A stretch of 64,000 nt of DNA. Source: Candidatus Poribacteria bacterium (lineage in GTDB: Bacteria; Poribacteria; WGA-4E; WGA-3G). Every line of letters begins with the position of its first letter. Positions within the stretch are counted from its first letter, which is position 1. Under the pieces are notes generated by a model. That model was given only the letters and a program-made list of their open reading frames with translations. It was not told the DNA's origin and searched no databases. The stretch covers positions 128,001 to 192,000 of the forward strand of contig CBDBFU010000002.1 in assembly GCA_965205025.1 (NCBI GenBank). Reading direction: 5' to 3'. Both the position numbers and the translations under genes were made by a program. This document shows positions 60,018 to 64,000 of the stretch, one piece after another.

Positions 60018-61404
60018 CTTTCTTACGAATCACGGCAACATTGAAGATAGGTCGCTCATATCCATGTGCGGGTCTATTGACAATTTCCCCTAATGCCCAT
60101 AATGCTGAGGAACTCCCTCCATCAAAGTTTATAGCGTTTTTAACACCTATGTCGTTGAAAAAATCAGCCATTTCGTATAGTGTCATTCCCATACTATACC
60201 CGTGCTGTCTACCATCAACAACAATTAGGAATAGTTTTTCATCGTTGTACCCTAATGCACTCCTTGGATGTCGTTGTGTCCCGTTATGATGTCCGATTGC
60301 GCTGCTACCTCTGGTACGGTTAAACCGCACAAGTTCTGGTTCAATTCTTCCATTTCTCAATAGACGTAGATTACCACCAATACCTTCGTTGACATTCTGC
60401 CACTTCTGAGGGGTAAGTGCAATTTCTAATTCTCCTTTTGTAAATTCGGTAATCTTCCTATACCAACTTCTTGATAAGCGTGGTTCAATTGCCAAAACGA
60501 CACCATCAGATGGAATAACACTGTTCCCTCTTGGATTTACATCTGTAACGACAAATTTACTCTTATACTTTCCAGTAATTGGAAGTGTCAGATTTTTGAG
60601 TGTAAATTCATAGCATCGTCGGGTCAGAGTTGATCTTCCAAAACGCGGTGTAAAAATGACTACCTGACAATACGAATCACAGATCTGGTTTATAGCGTCA
60701 ATCACAAGTGTATCATTACCAATGTGAAGGCTGCCGTTTAATTGAACTGCCTGCATGAGGAATTCACCATCTGGTGTAACCCCAAAACTTGTTTCCCCCC
60801 AAGGTGTCGGTGGTGAATACCCCCATCTATTTATCAATTTCGGAATACTGACAAGTTCCCCATTTTGTATATGGAGGTTAAAGATCATTCCTCCTCGTCC
60901 CCAGTTATCCTCGCGTATACCAAAACTTCCATTAACACCTGCTATAGATTGTATGCCTTTTCTTTTAAGTCGTCTTGTGGTACTGGATACTGTTTCACGC
61001 CTGAGTATTTGTCCATTAGCAAGTCCTACATCAAATTTCAGATTTTTAGCTTTACGGTCCATTTCAGCTACATAAACAGCTGCACCACCACGCCACCAAT
61101 AGCGATAAAGATGAAAACCATCAGGGCTTCGTCTTGTAGTAAGTGTTTCTTTACGTCTTACAGAGTTTGGACTCTTTTCGTTAGTTTCAGCAATAAGTTG
61201 TGGATTAGGTAAAGGCTGTGTGTTAGTTTTCCTTACCTCAACGGTGCGTGTTGAAGTAAGTTTCCTTCTCTTCTCAATCACCCGCATAGCATTTACGACA
61301 AGAATAAAGAGCAAGAGCAGTCCGCATATAGCAATCAGTTTAGGTAAAGGATTTCGGTGTCTATTTTCAGGGTGCATATTATTGTCCAAATTTAACGGTA
61401 TCAT
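60010..61404 (-). CDS. Phosphodiester glycosidase (NAGPA/DUF2233) family protein
   Basis: AGVNGSF, HPRSALG, IVVDGRQ..S.GMTL.E, AINFDGGSS, VNRP..ER. Confidence 0.85.
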   Translation of the reverse strand: MIPLNLDNNMHPENRHRNPLPKLIAICGLLLLFILVVNAMRVIEKRRKLTSTRTVEVRKTNTQPLPNPQLIAETNEKSPNSVRRKETLTTRRSPDGFHLYRYWWRGGAAVYVAEMDRKAKNLKFDVGLANGQILRRETVSSTTRRLKRKGIQSIAGVNGSFGIREDNWGRGGMIFNLHIQNGELVSIPKLINRWGYSPPTPWGETSFGVTPDGEFLMQAVQLNGSLHIGNDTLVIDAINQICDSYCQVVIFTPRFGRSTLTRRCYEFTLKNLTLPITGKYKSKFVVTDVNPRGNSVIPSDGVVLAIEPRLSRSWYRKITEFTKGELEIALTPQKWQNVNEGIGGNLRLLRNGRIEPELVRFNRTRGSSAIGHHNGTQRHPRSALGYNDEKLFLIVVDGRQHGYSMGMTLYEMADFFNDIGVKNAINFDGGSSSALWALGEIVNRPAHGYERPIFNVAVIRKKDE

Positions 61405-61592
61405 ACTATTTTATTTGAGATAGGCTAATACCAACCTAAAGATAAAGGATTCGGAGAGTTAATTATTTCGTAGTATCGTATTATCATTTATCACATTATA
61501 ACTGATCTATACGTATATTGCAAAGGATTTAAGGGGTATGGACAGATAGTATGTATTTAATAGTAATTCAGGAAGGGAAGTCGGTGGGCAAA

Positions 61593-61880
61593 CTACTCAG
61601 TTGGTGCTGGTTTAGTGACCTTGATTTTTATTTCACCAGGTTTTACATAACCAAACCTTTTTCTAACAAGGCGTTCTTTTGTAAGGGTGTCATTCTTCAA
61701 CAATTCGACGCGTTTTTTTAGTTGATCTCGTCTATTTTCCAGCCTTAGAATTTCCTTTTGAAAATCCGCTTCGAGTCTTTGTGCATCTTGCCATGCTCTA
61801 TAACCGTTCATAAATTGTCGGACGCTAACAACGAGTAAAGCCAATGCGACAATAAGTAGAATTACTCGAAAAATACGCAT
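61593..61880 (-). CDS. ftsB: Septum formation initiator FtsB/DivIC family
   Basis: TM helix plus coiled coil plus ER..R..GYVKPGE; classic position downstream of eno. Confidence 0.75.
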   Translation of the reverse strand: MRIFRVILLIVALALLVVSVRQFMNGYRAWQDAQRLEADFQKEILRLENRRDQLKKRVELLKNDTLTKERLVRKRFGYVKPGEIKIKVTKPAPTE

Positions 61881-61939
61881 AAGAATACCATTACAAGACA
61901 TTGGGACAGTATATGACTGTCCCAATGTTTATCTGTAAG

Positions 61940-63288
<1,349 letters not shown>

Positions 63289-63329
63289 TTATCAGAATCA
63301 ATTATCTCACTCTGATATTTCAACCCCAA

Positions 63330-63998
63330 CTATTCCTCTATAACAGCATCTGCAAGCAAGTATGCGGATGCCAAAAAAAGTAGGCTTGAACCTATTAACA
63401 TATACAACCATAGTCTGTCTTCTAATCCACCGGTCACCAAAATAGAGACTGTGCATTTTGTGCCGCTCATAATGATTGGAATTACAAGAGGGAGAAGAAG
63501 GACAGAAAGTAGACTTTCACCTCCGGTTGTGCTTGTTGATATGCCTGCCAACAACACACCGACAGAACAAAATCCCAGTGTTCCTATAATGAGTATCCCA
63601 AATAGTTTCAGTAAAATCTCAATCGTGACAACATCAAATATATCTAATAACTGCAAGGCAATAGGTGTAATCACAATTTCTAATAGAAATAGGAAAATCA
63701 CACTACTGATAACTTTGGAAAGGTACAGACTTCCAGCATCAACACCCGTAAGACGAATTCCGTGTAATGCCCCATGTGCTCTTTCTAATGTAAATGAACG
63801 ATTTAGTGTAATAATCCCGGCAAATACAAATGCTGCCCAGAGCACACTCGCTGTTAATTTTCCACGTTCTATTTTATCCGGAAATATAGGACCAAATGCA
63901 AAAGCGAAAATTAGAACGACTAATACACTAAAAACAAAGATTAATGCCAGTGTCTCCTTAGAGCCTAATTGGAGTCTGAGATCTTTCCGAATCAACGC
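63330..63998 (-). CDS. ccmB: Heme exporter protein B (start lies beyond the window end)
   Basis: RKDLRL, LW...FAG...LNRSF..E..G, LL..LLLPL.IP; six TM helices. Confidence 0.85.
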   Translation of the reverse strand, partial: ALIRKDLRLQLGSKETLALIFVFSVLVVLIFAFAFGPIFPDKIERGKLTASVLWAAFVFAGIITLNRSFTLERAHGALHGIRLTGVDAGSLYLSKVISSVIFLFLLEIVITPIALQLLDIFDVVTIEILLKLFGILIIGTLGFCSVGVLLAGISTSTTGGESLLSVLLLPLVIPIIMSGTKCTVSILVTGGLEDRLWLYMLIGSSLLFLASAYLLADAVIEE

Positions 63999-64000
63999 GG

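Overview
Bacterial chromosomal window. It is probably from Candidatus Poribacteria or a similar sponge-type symbiont; this is an inference from the C-terminal ..AVDP..K..TTWG.LK.. tails, cohesin/dockerin proteins, paired BMC vertex genes and REP-rich spacers. Housekeeping genes: dnaE, acnA, ndk, hisH, ribD-ribE-ribBA-(VWA gene)-ribH, hemW, eno-ftsB, ccmB. Accessory content: (i) a tightly coupled five-gene Druantia-like defence operon (18131-29421), with a DruE-type DExH/DUF1998 helicase, a degenerate McrB-like protein and an extra Fe-S PD-(D/E)XK nuclease; (ii) a HigB toxin whose partner is a HigA-like N-terminus fused to a long TPR array, next to a methyltransferase-HNH fusion; (iii) an unannotated probable selenoprotein (AhpC/TSA fold, W-U-P-N-S); (iv) a cupin resembling the DddK/DddW DMSP lyases; (v) a gingipain/PorU-like C25 peptidase; (vi) an IS630 element. 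The most unusual non-coding signal is a ~35-bp hairpin micro-element (AATCAAC-GGTATGAATGC-loop-GCATTCCCCG, 17 body copies, all on one strand). It sits inside REP hairpins, nests inside itself, and is in turn invaded by a 115-bp MITE. Several genes (eno, ntrC-like, eutN-like and others) carry 1-bp homopolymer frameshifts that are most likely sequencing errors.
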